Origin: Candidatus Cloacimonadales bacterium
GTDB lineage: Bacteria > Cloacimonadota > Cloacimonadia > Cloacimonadales > JAIOQZ01
Reading direction: 5' to 3'
DNA: 64,000 nucleotides
Assembly (NCBI GenBank): GCA_963674825.1
Contig: OY771587.1
Location: 3,456,001 to 3,520,000, forward strand
Of this stretch, positions 9,577 to 19,405 are shown piece by piece (position 1 is the stretch's first letter; every line of letters begins with the position of its first letter). The notes below the pieces were generated by a model, which did no database searches, had not been told where the DNA came from, and was given only the letters and a program-made list of their open reading frames with translations. Both the position numbers and the translations under genes were made by a program.

Positions 9577-12123
9577 ATGAGACGATTCATATTGCTTACA
9601 TTATTATTGGTCATTCTGTCTGCTCTTGCTGCGGAGAAGATTGATTTGAACACTGCAACGCTCAACGAGATTTTAACCCTTCCCATCACGGAGCAACAAG
9701 CTCAGGATATCTACAATTACAGGGAATATATCGCCTTCTTCGAAAGCGTTTACGAGCTTCGCAAGATCGAATCGATCGATCAGGAAACACTGCTCAAGCT
9801 GAAACCGCTCGTACGGATTTCTCACTATACCGATCTGGACGACGCCGAGCTTCGTCGTGAGGAGATCGCTTACCTGCTTGAACGCCTTGGAAGCAATGAA
9901 GGAAGCCAGGAAGGTACTTCCGACGTTTGGGAAGACTACCTCATTACCCCGCGTAACGTCAATCGCATGTTTTTCTCGGATCTGCTGAATTTCCCGAACG
10001 TTTCGCCACAGGACGCGGCTGCCGTTCGCAACCGTATTGCTAATCAGGATACCATCACCAGTTGGCGCGATCTTCGCACAACGGATGGAGCTTCCTATTA
10101 CGGCATGCGGAATCTGAGAAACTACGTTTATTATACGGAGCCTCCCGTAAGCGATCAGCTGTTCTTCGACTACCAGTTCAAGTACAGCGACGCTCCACCG
10201 GAAGAGGCTGAGGAGGAAGCCGAATTGACACAGGAGGCTTCTTCGATGGATAACCGCCTTCAGGACGATTATGAACCGGAGATTATGAATAAACTCCGTA
10301 TTCGTTACGGAAGCGCGTGGAAAGCTGGTATGATGGTCTTCAACCGTAAGGGCGAAGAACAGCTCTACGACCGCACCGCACAAGAAATGTGGGAAGACGG
10401 TAAGTTCTTCGTAGGCTACGAAGACTACCAGCCTTGGCTTTTCGACAGTTATCTCAAGGTCTATGTTGGTAATTACCGCGCTACCTACGGCGAAGGCCTT
10501 GTGATGGAGAACACAGACTTCTACAGCTCACGTAAAACGGGTATGGGATTTAGCAAGCGCATCACCGGTATAATTGGCGATCTTTCCCGCTCCCGTGAAT
10601 ATGCTCTTCGCGGCGGTGCGTTCGAATGGAAGACCGACAAGTTCAATGTAACCGGTTTTATCTCATACGATAAAAAAGATGCTGTGGTCTACGATAGCAA
10701 CGGCGATGGCATGTTTGGCGGCGACGAAGATGAATCGATGGACAACCGCGATATGGTATTTTCATACATCACCGTTAACCAGCGTCCCGATGGCGATTCC
10801 GTTGAAAAACTTGGCAGCGAGAATCTGGCTGTTGTCCGCGACGCGCTGGAAGAGACGGTCATCGGCACACACCTCGAGTATTCTCCGTTCATCGGTACTC
10901 ATGTTGGTTTCACTGCCTATGAAGCACGCTACAACCGCTACTTCTATGTTCCTTCAACCCTTGAAGAACTGGAAGAGGTTGTCTTGGGCGATCCGGAAGC
11001 TGATGCAGAAAAGGTTAAAATCCCGGACAGCGAAATTTTGGGTCTTTATTCTTCTTATACTGACGATTACAAGCGCGATTATCGCCGTGTTTACGGTATC
11101 GATTACGGCACGACGCTCGATTTCCTCTCTATTCAGGGTGAATATGCCGAGCTCGAGACCGACGGAAGCTTTACAAAGATCGGCGACGACCCGCATGCAA
11201 TGCTGACCAGCGCTTATACACAGTTCGATAACCTCAACTTCATGGCGCTTTATCGCAACTACGATCTCGATTTCGATAATCCCTACGGACGCGGTTTCTC
11301 CGAACACGAGAAGTTCGATGATACCATGTTCGACAAATACGATTATATCTTGACTAACACCGATCTGGTTTATATGTACCTCAATTCGGCGCAGGCTCAG
11401 GCTGAAGAAGGCGTCTATCTGGAGACGCGTTACCAGTTCAACAAGTACCTGACCATCACCCGCGCTTATCTGGACATCTGGGAAAGAAAGTGCGACGCGC
11501 GCCGTTCGGTGAGGTTCCAGGGCGAGCTTGAATTCAAGCCGTTCCACCAGCTTCGTATCCGTCCGAAGTTCAAGCACCAGGTCAACCGCTACGACGACTA
11601 TTTGGATCGCGCGGTTTCGACCACCGACGAATACACCATCCAGATAAGGACATTCCTTTCCAAGCGTGACTTTTTCCAGCTCGAATATCGATATAATCAG
11701 GTTGAGATGCCATCTTATCCGTATCTGACCAACGATCCGACACCGAACGAAGACAGCATCATCGAAGGAACGACGTTGATCCACGGCGACTTCATCAATG
11801 TGGATTACACGCACTATTTCACCGATGATTTCAAGGTGAAGGGCGCGTTCATGTTCTGGGATGGCCATGGTATCAGCCATTGGGACTGGGAAGATATGGA
11901 GATCGATTTCATGGGCGAACGCGGTTACAAATACTGGTTCGCAATCCAGGATCGCATCTCGAAAAACATCTGGCTTTCTCTGAAATACAAATATAAAAAG
12001 TATAAAGCGAAAGTGCTTGATGTCCGTGAATGGGACAACACCGAGTATGACGCGGAAGTCGATAACGCAACGGTCGAGAACGATGTTCAGGCGATCAGGC
12101 TGCAACTCGACTGGAAGTTTTAG
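9577..12123 (+). CDS. ComEA-like helix-hairpin-helix protein fused to a large C-terminal outer-membrane barrel-like region
   Basis: Signal peptide; IDLNTATLNEILTLP...FESVYEL plus a second HhH-like unit (NVNRM...FPNVSPQDA); alternating aromatic strands ending LQLDWKF. Confidence 0.75.
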   Translation: MRRFILLTLLLVILSALAAEKIDLNTATLNEILTLPITEQQAQDIYNYREYIAFFESVYELRKIESIDQETLLKLKPLVRISHYTDLDDAELRREEIAYLLERLGSNEGSQEGTSDVWEDYLITPRNVNRMFFSDLLNFPNVSPQDAAAVRNRIANQDTITSWRDLRTTDGASYYGMRNLRNYVYYTEPPVSDQLFFDYQFKYSDAPPEEAEEEAELTQEASSMDNRLQDDYEPEIMNKLRIRYGSAWKAGMMVFNRKGEEQLYDRTAQEMWEDGKFFVGYEDYQPWLFDSYLKVYVGNYRATYGEGLVMENTDFYSSRKTGMGFSKRITGIIGDLSRSREYALRGGAFEWKTDKFNVTGFISYDKKDAVVYDSNGDGMFGGDEDESMDNRDMVFSYITVNQRPDGDSVEKLGSENLAVVRDALEETVIGTHLEYSPFIGTHVGFTAYEARYNRYFYVPSTLEELEEVVLGDPEADAEKVKIPDSEILGLYSSYTDDYKRDYRRVYGIDYGTTLDFLSIQGEYAELETDGSFTKIGDDPHAMLTSAYTQFDNLNFMALYRNYDLDFDNPYGRGFSEHEKFDDTMFDKYDYILTNTDLVYMYLNSAQAQAEEGVYLETRYQFNKYLTITRAYLDIWERKCDARRSVRFQGELEFKPFHQLRIRPKFKHQVNRYDDYLDRAVSTTDEYTIQIRTFLSKRDFFQLEYRYNQVEMPSYPYLTNDPTPNEDSIIEGTTLIHGDFINVDYTHYFTDDFKVKGAFMFWDGHGISHWDWEDMEIDFMGERGYKYWFAIQDRISKNIWLSLKYKYKKYKAKVLDVREWDNTEYDAEVDNATVENDVQAIRLQLDWKF

Positions 12124-12170
12124 TGAGATAGAATATGAAGTTAGAAATTTTAAAACCTCGTGGAGGATCA

Positions 12171-13535
12171 ATGTATAGACGGCTTTCATTACAGATCATC
12201 AGTTTGGCATTACTGATCGTTTTTGCATCATCACTCGCAGCATACTCGCTGCTCGAAGCGGGATACGAACCCTATATCGAAACCTATGGTCTGGGTAACT
12301 ACGTCGGAACGACCGACGCCCGTAGCTCAGCGATGGGTGGAGCGAATACTTCGGGTGGACTTCGTGCTCTCGATGCGATCAACAACCCTGCCAATCTCGC
12401 GAACCTTGAAACAGGTTTCGGCGCACAGCTCAACTTCGGTATCATGCGCGATAACGATCGTCGCAGCATGCCGCTCTATAGTTTTTTCGACGAATATGTC
12501 GATGAAACAACCTATGCTAACAACAGCAATTGGTATGATGAAGCGACTGTAGGTGCGTATTACCGTATGCAGCTATCCAGGCTTGGCTTTGCTGTGAGCT
12601 TGAACTATACTCCGCGCGTTAACTTCGACGCGAACTACGAAGAGGATGTCCGCAACAAAGAAGGCTCGGATAACAACGGTTACCCGAAGATCCTCGCGTT
12701 CAACTCGATCGAAAGCGAAGGCGCAATCCGCGCCACCAGTCTTATGCTGGCCGGTAACATCAATGATGTCAGCGTGTTCGATCAGATCGCGCTTGGTATT
12801 GAAATCGCCATGTATGAAGGCGAGCACAACCGCACAAAGAAGATCGTGTGGTCAGACGATGCACGCCTTGCGGTGCAGAACTTCGAACTGCCGGATTATT
12901 ATGAAAAGATGGAACGTGAATTCAGCGGCACCGGCTTCAAGCTGGGTCTGAACGCCAACTTCGCAGAACGCTATAGCGTCGGATTCGCTTTTACACCCAA
13001 GACAGAACTGTCGGTTGACTACAAGTTCGATGGCGTGGAATACGACGTGGATGACTACGTGATGCCATCCAGAATCCGATTCGGTGTCCAATACAGACCG
13101 CAGAACATTATGGAAACCTACTTCAATGTGGATATGGAAATCGTGAATTGGTCGGATGTGGAAGATAACTACGACGACGTATTCAACTTCTATATTGGCG
13201 TTGAGCACAAGATTTTCATGACCATGCCGATCCGCCTTGGTTTCCGTTACGAAACCAACCCGATCGACAATATCGCAATGCCGACCTACACCTGTGGTAC
13301 CGGCTTCCAGGTCTACGGACCTGTCTGGTTCGACTTCTCGATGGAATACTCGCATCGCAAGTACCAGGCACAGGATCTTTTCCCGAACTCCTATTATAAC
13401 GATGAAAACTACGCAGAGAGCGCATCCTACTCATCGCAGCTTTGGGAATACGATGTTCCCGAAGATCGTGATGAATCGGACAAGGTTGACGAGACTTTCC
13501 TGAAGTTCCAGACAGCGCTGAGCGTAACATTCTGA
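12171..13535 (+). CDS. Outer-membrane beta-barrel, FadL/PorV-like
   Basis: GGAGG RBS before ATG 12171; signal peptide; DARSSAMGGA...NNPANLA N-terminal motif typical of FadL/PorV-like barrels; terminal Phe. Confidence 0.65.
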   Translation: MYRRLSLQIISLALLIVFASSLAAYSLLEAGYEPYIETYGLGNYVGTTDARSSAMGGANTSGGLRALDAINNPANLANLETGFGAQLNFGIMRDNDRRSMPLYSFFDEYVDETTYANNSNWYDEATVGAYYRMQLSRLGFAVSLNYTPRVNFDANYEEDVRNKEGSDNNGYPKILAFNSIESEGAIRATSLMLAGNINDVSVFDQIALGIEIAMYEGEHNRTKKIVWSDDARLAVQNFELPDYYEKMEREFSGTGFKLGLNANFAERYSVGFAFTPKTELSVDYKFDGVEYDVDDYVMPSRIRFGVQYRPQNIMETYFNVDMEIVNWSDVEDNYDDVFNFYIGVEHKIFMTMPIRLGFRYETNPIDNIAMPTYTCGTGFQVYGPVWFDFSMEYSHRKYQAQDLFPNSYYNDENYAESASYSSQLWEYDVPEDRDESDKVDETFLKFQTALSVTF

Positions 13536-13548
13536 TAGAGGACATACA

Positions 13549-15210
13549 ATGTACCGCGTGATCACACTTGTTTCCCTGTTGCTGTTCTCGCAATTGTTTT
13601 GTGAGAATCTCAAACTCGATATCATGTTTACCAACGATGTCCACGGCGGCATCGACCGATATGAAGCTACCTTTATGAATCCCGACTTCCCGCCGGTTCT
13701 TGGCGGTGGAGCTTCAGCCGCGACCTATATCAAACAGGTTCGCGCTATGACGGACGGTACAGAACGCGACAACCTGCTTGTCGACGCGGGTGACTTCTTT
13801 CAGGGACATCCGGTAGGCAGCGTTGACAAGGGTAAATCGGTCATCCGCTTCATGAATCAGGTGGGATACGATCTGATGGTCATTGGTAACCACGAGTACG
13901 ACATTGGCGAAGAAGAGCTGGTCAAGACGCTCCAGTATGCCGAATTCCCAATCCTGTCGTGCAATATCATCGACAAGAGAACCGGCGAACTGGTCGATTA
14001 CGCGATTCCTTACATCATCGTCGAAAAGCTTGGCTTACGAATCGGTATTGTGGGTGTAACCACTACAGATACCGAACTGATGAGCTTTCCCGATCATATC
14101 AAGAATATCGATTTTACCAACGCCAAAGAAGCGCTTGAGAAGTACGTCCCCATCGTTCGCGAACAGGGCGTCGATCTTCTGATCGTCGTAGGACACATGG
14201 GATTGCCTTATGAACCAGAGCCTGCTTATAAAGCACGCTACATAGACAATAAATACGCTGGTAAAGAACGCTATTGGGGCTACGATTCACAAGAACTCGC
14301 CCATGAAGTGGAAGGCATTGATCTTATCATCGGTGGTCACATGCACAAAGGCTTCTACGAACCGTGGGAAGACCCCGACACACATACGCTTGCAATCCAG
14401 GGCTATGCATACGGCAGCAATGTTGGGCATATTACGCTGTTGATCGATAAAGATACCAAGACCCTCGCAGGCTGGGAACCACCGGCATACGACGGTATAT
14501 TGGTCACCCTCTTTGAGGACGAACTGATTCCCGATCCCGAGATGTCGGACACGGTTCTTGCCATGACCGCGGCAGCCGAAAGAGGCATGGACGACGTGAT
14601 TGGCGAATCGAGCATCCATCTCACGCGCATTGGCTCTGGAGCACAGAACCTCATCGGTAATCTCGTGGTGGAAGCGATGCAGAGCGAAATGGATTGCGAC
14701 TTCGCGTTCATGAATCTCGGTGGTATCCGTGCTGATATTGCAATGGGGCCGATCACCTACCGTGACGTTTTCAATGTGCTTCCGTTCGATAGCCAGATCG
14801 TGGTGTTCGAATGCGACGGTAAATTCCTCAAATGGATCATCGAGAAGCGTGTGGAAGGTTCGCGTCACGGGCTTAGAACTGCCGGTATCAAAGTGAAGAT
14901 CGATCGTGACAGAGACGACTTCGATCGCGTTGTCGACCTATGGGTCGGAGACGAATACTGGGATCCAAACAAAACTTATCGCGTCGCCACCAGCGATTTC
15001 CTCATGCAAGGTAACGCCGGGCTAACCAAGCTCACGACCATTCCAGAAGACAAAATCACCCGCAAAGAGACGATTATTCGCGATGTGGTGGTAAACTATA
15101 TCAAGAAGAACTCTCCTGTCAGCACTCAGATCGACGACCGATGGCAGAGAACCGACGGAAGTGGTTACTCCGATCAGATGAAAGCAGCGCTGAATGAAAC
15201 AAATCAATAA
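13549..15210 (+). CDS. Periplasmic bifunctional metallophosphatase / 5'-nucleotidase (UshA-like)
   Basis: TNDVHG, DAGDFFQG, GNHEYD, GGHMH metallophosphoesterase motifs; NLGGIRA and LPF in the 5'-nucleotidase C-domain; signal peptide. Confidence 0.92.
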   Translation: MYRVITLVSLLLFSQLFCENLKLDIMFTNDVHGGIDRYEATFMNPDFPPVLGGGASAATYIKQVRAMTDGTERDNLLVDAGDFFQGHPVGSVDKGKSVIRFMNQVGYDLMVIGNHEYDIGEEELVKTLQYAEFPILSCNIIDKRTGELVDYAIPYIIVEKLGLRIGIVGVTTTDTELMSFPDHIKNIDFTNAKEALEKYVPIVREQGVDLLIVVGHMGLPYEPEPAYKARYIDNKYAGKERYWGYDSQELAHEVEGIDLIIGGHMHKGFYEPWEDPDTHTLAIQGYAYGSNVGHITLLIDKDTKTLAGWEPPAYDGILVTLFEDELIPDPEMSDTVLAMTAAAERGMDDVIGESSIHLTRIGSGAQNLIGNLVVEAMQSEMDCDFAFMNLGGIRADIAMGPITYRDVFNVLPFDSQIVVFECDGKFLKWIIEKRVEGSRHGLRTAGIKVKIDRDRDDFDRVVDLWVGDEYWDPNKTYRVATSDFLMQGNAGLTKLTTIPEDKITRKETIIRDVVVNYIKKNSPVSTQIDDRWQRTDGSGYSDQMKAALNETNQ

Positions 15211-15522
15211 AAAGAGTTGACAAGCGCGCCGATACAGGTATTTTGTTTACTGAAGATTGAGTAACGACAGATATTTAACTGATTTCGATTCAGGTGGCAT
15301 CTTACAAGAACTCAAGCCAGGATTTTAATATTTATCCAAGAGAATCACTATATCTATGTGATCCGAAAATATCGTAACAAGTTGTGTGCAGACTCGTTAC
15401 AACATTGAAGACCGCAATATACGATAATAAGATCGTGCGATCATCCCAACCATCTTCCTTACTTACTGGAAGAAAATAACTTACTATGAAATCATTCGAA
15501 TAGGATACATACGGAGAATACT

Positions 15523-16410
15523 ATGCTGAAGGACATTGGACGGCTCGATCCCGACATGACGAAAGAGATCGACGCAAGAACTGAAGAAATTTTTGAATTA
15601 CTCGATAAAAATACTGCCAAATCAAAGACCGATGCCGTGAAAAAGCTGAACGCGATGGCAAAATCACCGAACTACTTCATTCGCGAATACCTCGGCAAGC
15701 AGATGGTCAGCTATAAAAACCGCGACGCGATGTGCGAGATTGCACGCAAGATGCTCAAACACAAGTTTTACGGCATCCGTGCAACCGCGCTGTTCTACTT
15801 TGTGACCGTTTACGAAAAGGATCCCGAGAAGGTTCTGGAAATCCTCGAAGACCTCTTTGAAAGCGTTCCTTGGGAAGTGGAAAGCGTGATCAACGATCTC
15901 TGGCGCAATTATCCGGACGTGATGAAGAAAAACATGCTGATCTGGCTGAAGGCTGAGAATGAGACCAAGCGTGCACTCTCCTTCCACGGAATGGAGAATA
16001 TCGCGAATCAAGATCCGGTTTACATCATGGATTTCATCAACCGTGCGATCGACGACGAGAGCATGGAAGTGCAGAAGAAGATCACACACATCCTGACACA
16101 GGTTGCACGCTCACGCCCGGCTGAGTGTTATCCTTACATTCACGAATGGCTTCTGGACGCGGATGAAAAGCGGATGAAGACGTTGTGGGTATCGATGAAG
16201 AAGCTTGCGAATATCGTGATTCAGAAAAGTCGGAGAGACAAGTCGCAGGAATTTATCATGCTCACCCACCGCACCATTCAAGACTGGCGTCACGACGACA
16301 ATCCGAATGTTGCGGAGATGGGCGGCAAATTATCCGGTATTTTAAAGAACAATAACAACAACAACAACAACAACAACAACCACAACAACCACAATAATAA
16401 CCGGCACTAA
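15523..16410 (+). CDS. HEAT/ARM-repeat protein (AlkD/DNA alkylation repair-like fold) with C-terminal poly-Asn tail
   Basis: All-helical repeats (SPNYFIRE, DESMEVQKKI, DDNPNV); GGAG RBS; family assignment tentative. Confidence 0.6.
   Translation: MLKDIGRLDPDMTKEIDARTEEIFELLDKNTAKSKTDAVKKLNAMAKSPNYFIREYLGKQMVSYKNRDAMCEIARKMLKHKFYGIRATALFYFVTVYEKDPEKVLEILEDLFESVPWEVESVINDLWRNYPDVMKKNMLIWLKAENETKRALSFHGMENIANQDPVYIMDFINRAIDDESMEVQKKITHILTQVARSRPAECYPYIHEWLLDADEKRMKTLWVSMKKLANIVIQKSRRDKSQEFIMLTHRTIQDWRHDDNPNVAEMGGKLSGILKNNNNNNNNNNNHNNHNNNRH
16348..16401 (+). repeat. (AAC)n trinucleotide microsatellite encoding poly-Asn/His
   Basis: AAC AAT (AAC)9 CAC AAC AAC CAC AAT AAT AAC. Confidence 0.95.
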
Positions 16411-17402
16411 TTACAGTTTTCTTGATAGTCTCGAAGGGAATCGATGATTTCTTCCGGGTGAATGGGATGAATCCCAACCTTACCACAGACCTTGCCGGCG
16501 GCGTGGTTCGCGATCAGAGCTGCACTTGCAACATCGCATCCTGCCGCCATGCACAGGGTTAATGTGCTGATAACCGTATCGCCTGCACCCGACACATCAT
16601 AGACTTCCATCGCGAATGTGGGAATACTCACAGGCTTTACGCCTTTGGTGAATACTGTTAGGCCTTTCTCTCCTCGGGTGATGACCACATGCTCGGCTTG
16701 TAGTTCGTCCAGGAGGCGATTTGCCGCTTTCACGAAATCCTCTTCCGATTTCACTTCAATGCCCAGGTTCTTTTCGAGTTCCTTGATATTCGGTTTGAAG
16801 ACAGTCACCTTCTCGTATGCGAAGAAGTTACGGAATTTAGGATCAACCGTGACGATCTTGCCGTGTTTGTTGCAATTCTCGATCATCGTACGAATAACTC
16901 GTTCGGTGAGGAATCCCTTATTATAGTCTTCTATCAGAACCGCATCGATATCAGGCAGGAGTGCGTTGAAGCGCTCCAGGATCATATCTTCCACACTGCT
17001 ATCGACATCGTCGGTCTTTTCGCGATCGACACGCACCACGTGCTGGTTATGCGCGATTACACGCGTCTTGACGGTTGTATTGCGGTTTTCATCGATGATC
17101 AGTTCGAGGTTCTCGATACCATTCTGTTTGAAGAGGTCGCGCATGCGATCGCCGTTGAGATCATTACCGATAAGCCCGAGAACATAGGGGATACCGCCGA
17201 GGGTGTGTATGTTGTTAACCACGTTCGCTGCCCCGCCCAGGTGGAAGTCCTCATGACTCACTTCGACAACTGGCACTGGCGCTTCTGGCGAGATTCGATC
17301 GATTTTACCCCACAGATAGTGATCAATCATCAGGTCGCCTGCAACGAGTACCTTTTTTCCTCTTACGTCGTTGAGTATCTTCTTTACTTTGTCGATCTGC
17401 AT
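16407..17402 (-). CDS. rfaE1: D-glycero-beta-D-manno-heptose-7-phosphate kinase (RfaE/HldE kinase domain)
   Basis: GDLMIDHY, RISPEAPVPVV, GGAANV, DYNKG, DVSGAGDT (PfkB) motifs. Confidence 0.93.
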   Translation of the reverse strand: MQIDKVKKILNDVRGKKVLVAGDLMIDHYLWGKIDRISPEAPVPVVEVSHEDFHLGGAANVVNNIHTLGGIPYVLGLIGNDLNGDRMRDLFKQNGIENLELIIDENRNTTVKTRVIAHNQHVVRVDREKTDDVDSSVEDMILERFNALLPDIDAVLIEDYNKGFLTERVIRTMIENCNKHGKIVTVDPKFRNFFAYEKVTVFKPNIKELEKNLGIEVKSEEDFVKAANRLLDELQAEHVVITRGEKGLTVFTKGVKPVSIPTFAMEVYDVSGAGDTVISTLTLCMAAGCDVASAALIANHAAGKVCGKVGIHPIHPEEIIDSLRDYQENCN

Positions 17403-17413
17403 ACATCAACCTC

Positions 17414-18778
17414 CTATTTGATCGGGTATTGGCCGTTGAAACAGGCGTAGCAGTACGAATCGGGATCCGTGACGGTCTCTCGTAATTCGTCAATAGTTAT
17501 ATAGCGCAAGCTATCGACGTTAAGGTATTTCTCAATCTCTTTCGTTGATTTCAAGTTGGCGATCAGCTCTTCTTTGGTCGGCGTATCGATGCCATAAAAG
17601 CATGAGTTCTTTACCGGTGGCGAACCGATCCTGAGGTGAACTTCCTTCGCGCCCTGGCTCTGGATCAGATTGACGATCTTGCGGATCGTGGTGCCGCGCA
17701 CGATGGAATCGTCCACCATGACAACGCGCTTGCCCTTGAAAAAATTAGGTAGTGGATTAAATTTCTGTGAGACGCTCTCGTCACGAACAGTCTGCTGCGG
17801 CTTGATAAAGGTGCGGCCTACGTAGTGGTTACGGATGAGGCCCATCTCGTAGCGAACGCCGCTTTCCTTGGCGTAACCAAGCGCCATGGAGTTTGCGGAA
17901 TCGGGAACCGGGATGACGACATCGGCGTTGAGATCTTTATCGCCTTGAGCCAGCATTGCGCCGATGCGCTCGCGGACTTCATATACGTTCTCGCCGAACT
18001 GGAAACTGTCCGGGCGGGAGAAATAGATGTGTTCGAAAATACAGTGTTGATCGGTACCGATCTTGCGGTAGTCGGCGGGATCGTTGTCGATCTCGCGGAT
18101 ACCGTCTTTGGTGATGTGGATGATACCGGCGGGTTTCATTTCCTTCTTCCATTCGGGTTTGAGGATATCCAGCGCACACGATTCTGATGCAACGATAAAT
18201 GCGCCGTCGTGCGTCTGCCCGTACACCATCGGTCTGAAAGCGTATGGATCACGGAAGACCACCATTTCATCACGGAACGAAAAGACGGTGGAATAGGCTC
18301 CTTTGAAATCGCGCATGAGCAAACGGACTGCATTAAGCCAGTCCAACTTCTCTACTTCCATGAAGTATACAAGATATTTGAGGAGCAGTTCGCCGTCATT
18401 TCCGGAGACGAAATGAACACCCTTTCCTTCGAGGACTTTGCGCAGCTCGTCATAGTTGACGATATCGCCGTTACTTGCCAGCGAGTATATCGGACCGGCG
18501 AGGGTCTCAACAACGTGCGGTTGCGAATTGTATTCTGTGGAGGTTCCACGGGTGGGGTAGCGAACATGTCCGATGGCGATGTTGCCGGGAAGCTTTGCCA
18601 GTGCGTCGGCATTCAGTACGAATTTCACCAGTCCCATTTTCTTACGTAGCTTGAATCCACTTCCGTTCGAGACTGCGATTCCACAGCTTTCCTGCCCACG
18701 ATGTTGTTCCGCGAAGAGCCCGAGCGTTACCAGTTCGGCAGCTCTTTCATGCCCAAAGACTCCAAGAATTCCACACAT
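17414..18778 (-). CDS. purF: Amidophosphoribosyltransferase
   Basis: N-terminal MCG, QHRGQES, GHVRY, VDDSIVRGTT PRPP site, CFYGID and CYACF Fe-S cysteines. Confidence 0.97.
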   Translation of the reverse strand: MCGILGVFGHERAAELVTLGLFAEQHRGQESCGIAVSNGSGFKLRKKMGLVKFVLNADALAKLPGNIAIGHVRYPTRGTSTEYNSQPHVVETLAGPIYSLASNGDIVNYDELRKVLEGKGVHFVSGNDGELLLKYLVYFMEVEKLDWLNAVRLLMRDFKGAYSTVFSFRDEMVVFRDPYAFRPMVYGQTHDGAFIVASESCALDILKPEWKKEMKPAGIIHITKDGIREIDNDPADYRKIGTDQHCIFEHIYFSRPDSFQFGENVYEVRERIGAMLAQGDKDLNADVVIPVPDSANSMALGYAKESGVRYEMGLIRNHYVGRTFIKPQQTVRDESVSQKFNPLPNFFKGKRVVMVDDSIVRGTTIRKIVNLIQSQGAKEVHLRIGSPPVKNSCFYGIDTPTKEELIANLKSTKEIEKYLNVDSLRYITIDELRETVTDPDSYCYACFNGQYPIK

Positions 18779-19405
18779 TTATTTCTTCTCCTTCGATTTG
18801 AATGATAAGCGATTTTCCGTACCAGATAAGAGACGTTTGATGTTGGCTGTGTGCCTGAATATTACCATGGCGGCGACCAGCCCGGTGAGAACGAGATAAA
18901 CGATATCGGAAAATCCATTATGGATATTGATAATCAGATTGCTGATAAATAGCACAGCAGCGGCTAGAATCGATCCCAGCGACACATAGCGCGAGATCCA
19001 GGTCACGATGATGAACGTGATTACCGCAGCGAGAAACGAGATCGGTGTCAGGATGATGAATACACCAGTCGATGTCGCGACACCCTTACCGCCCTTGAAT
19101 TTGAGGAAGATGGTGTAATTATGGCCAAGGATCGCGACCAGCCCAATCACCGACAGCAGGATTGGATTGCCGCCAACCATCAGCTTGCCGATATAGACCG
19201 CGGCAGCCCCCTTGAGGATATCCAACGCTAGTACCGGAAGCCCGAGCTTGAGCCCGAGTACGCGCACTGCGTTCGTAGCACCTACATTGCCGCTGCCGTA
19301 ATCACGGATATCGATCTTGCGAAAGAGCTTTCCGAAGAGGTAGCTGACGGGAATGCTTCCAAGAAGGTATGCAGCGACGATCGATATGATCAATCCTTGT
19401 CCCAT
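18779..19405 (-). CDS. plsY: Glycerol-3-phosphate acyltransferase
   Basis: AYLLGSIP, GSGNVGATN, GHNY..FLKFKGGKGVAT, RHTANIKRL. Confidence 0.96.
   Translation of the reverse strand: MGQGLIISIVAAYLLGSIPVSYLFGKLFRKIDIRDYGSGNVGATNAVRVLGLKLGLPVLALDILKGAAAVYIGKLMVGGNPILLSVIGLVAILGHNYTIFLKFKGGKGVATSTGVFIILTPISFLAAVITFIIVTWISRYVSLGSILAAAVLFISNLIINIHNGFSDIVYLVLTGLVAAMVIFRHTANIKRLLSGTENRLSFKSKEKK

Noticed and set aside
10954..12189. 411-aa minus-strand ORF
   Set aside because: Antisense shadow of the HhH-barrel gene with no motifs; long shadows occur throughout the window
15395..15412. Additional umu-type operator (CGTTACAACATTGAAGAC) before the HEAT-repeat gene
   Set aside because: The left half fits but the right half has three mismatches; too weak without a genome-wide matrix
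16262..16486. Cys-rich metallothionein-like ORF (CGCCGCCCCCCCC)
   Set aside because: It is the antisense reading of the (AAC)n tract and overlaps two better-supported genes
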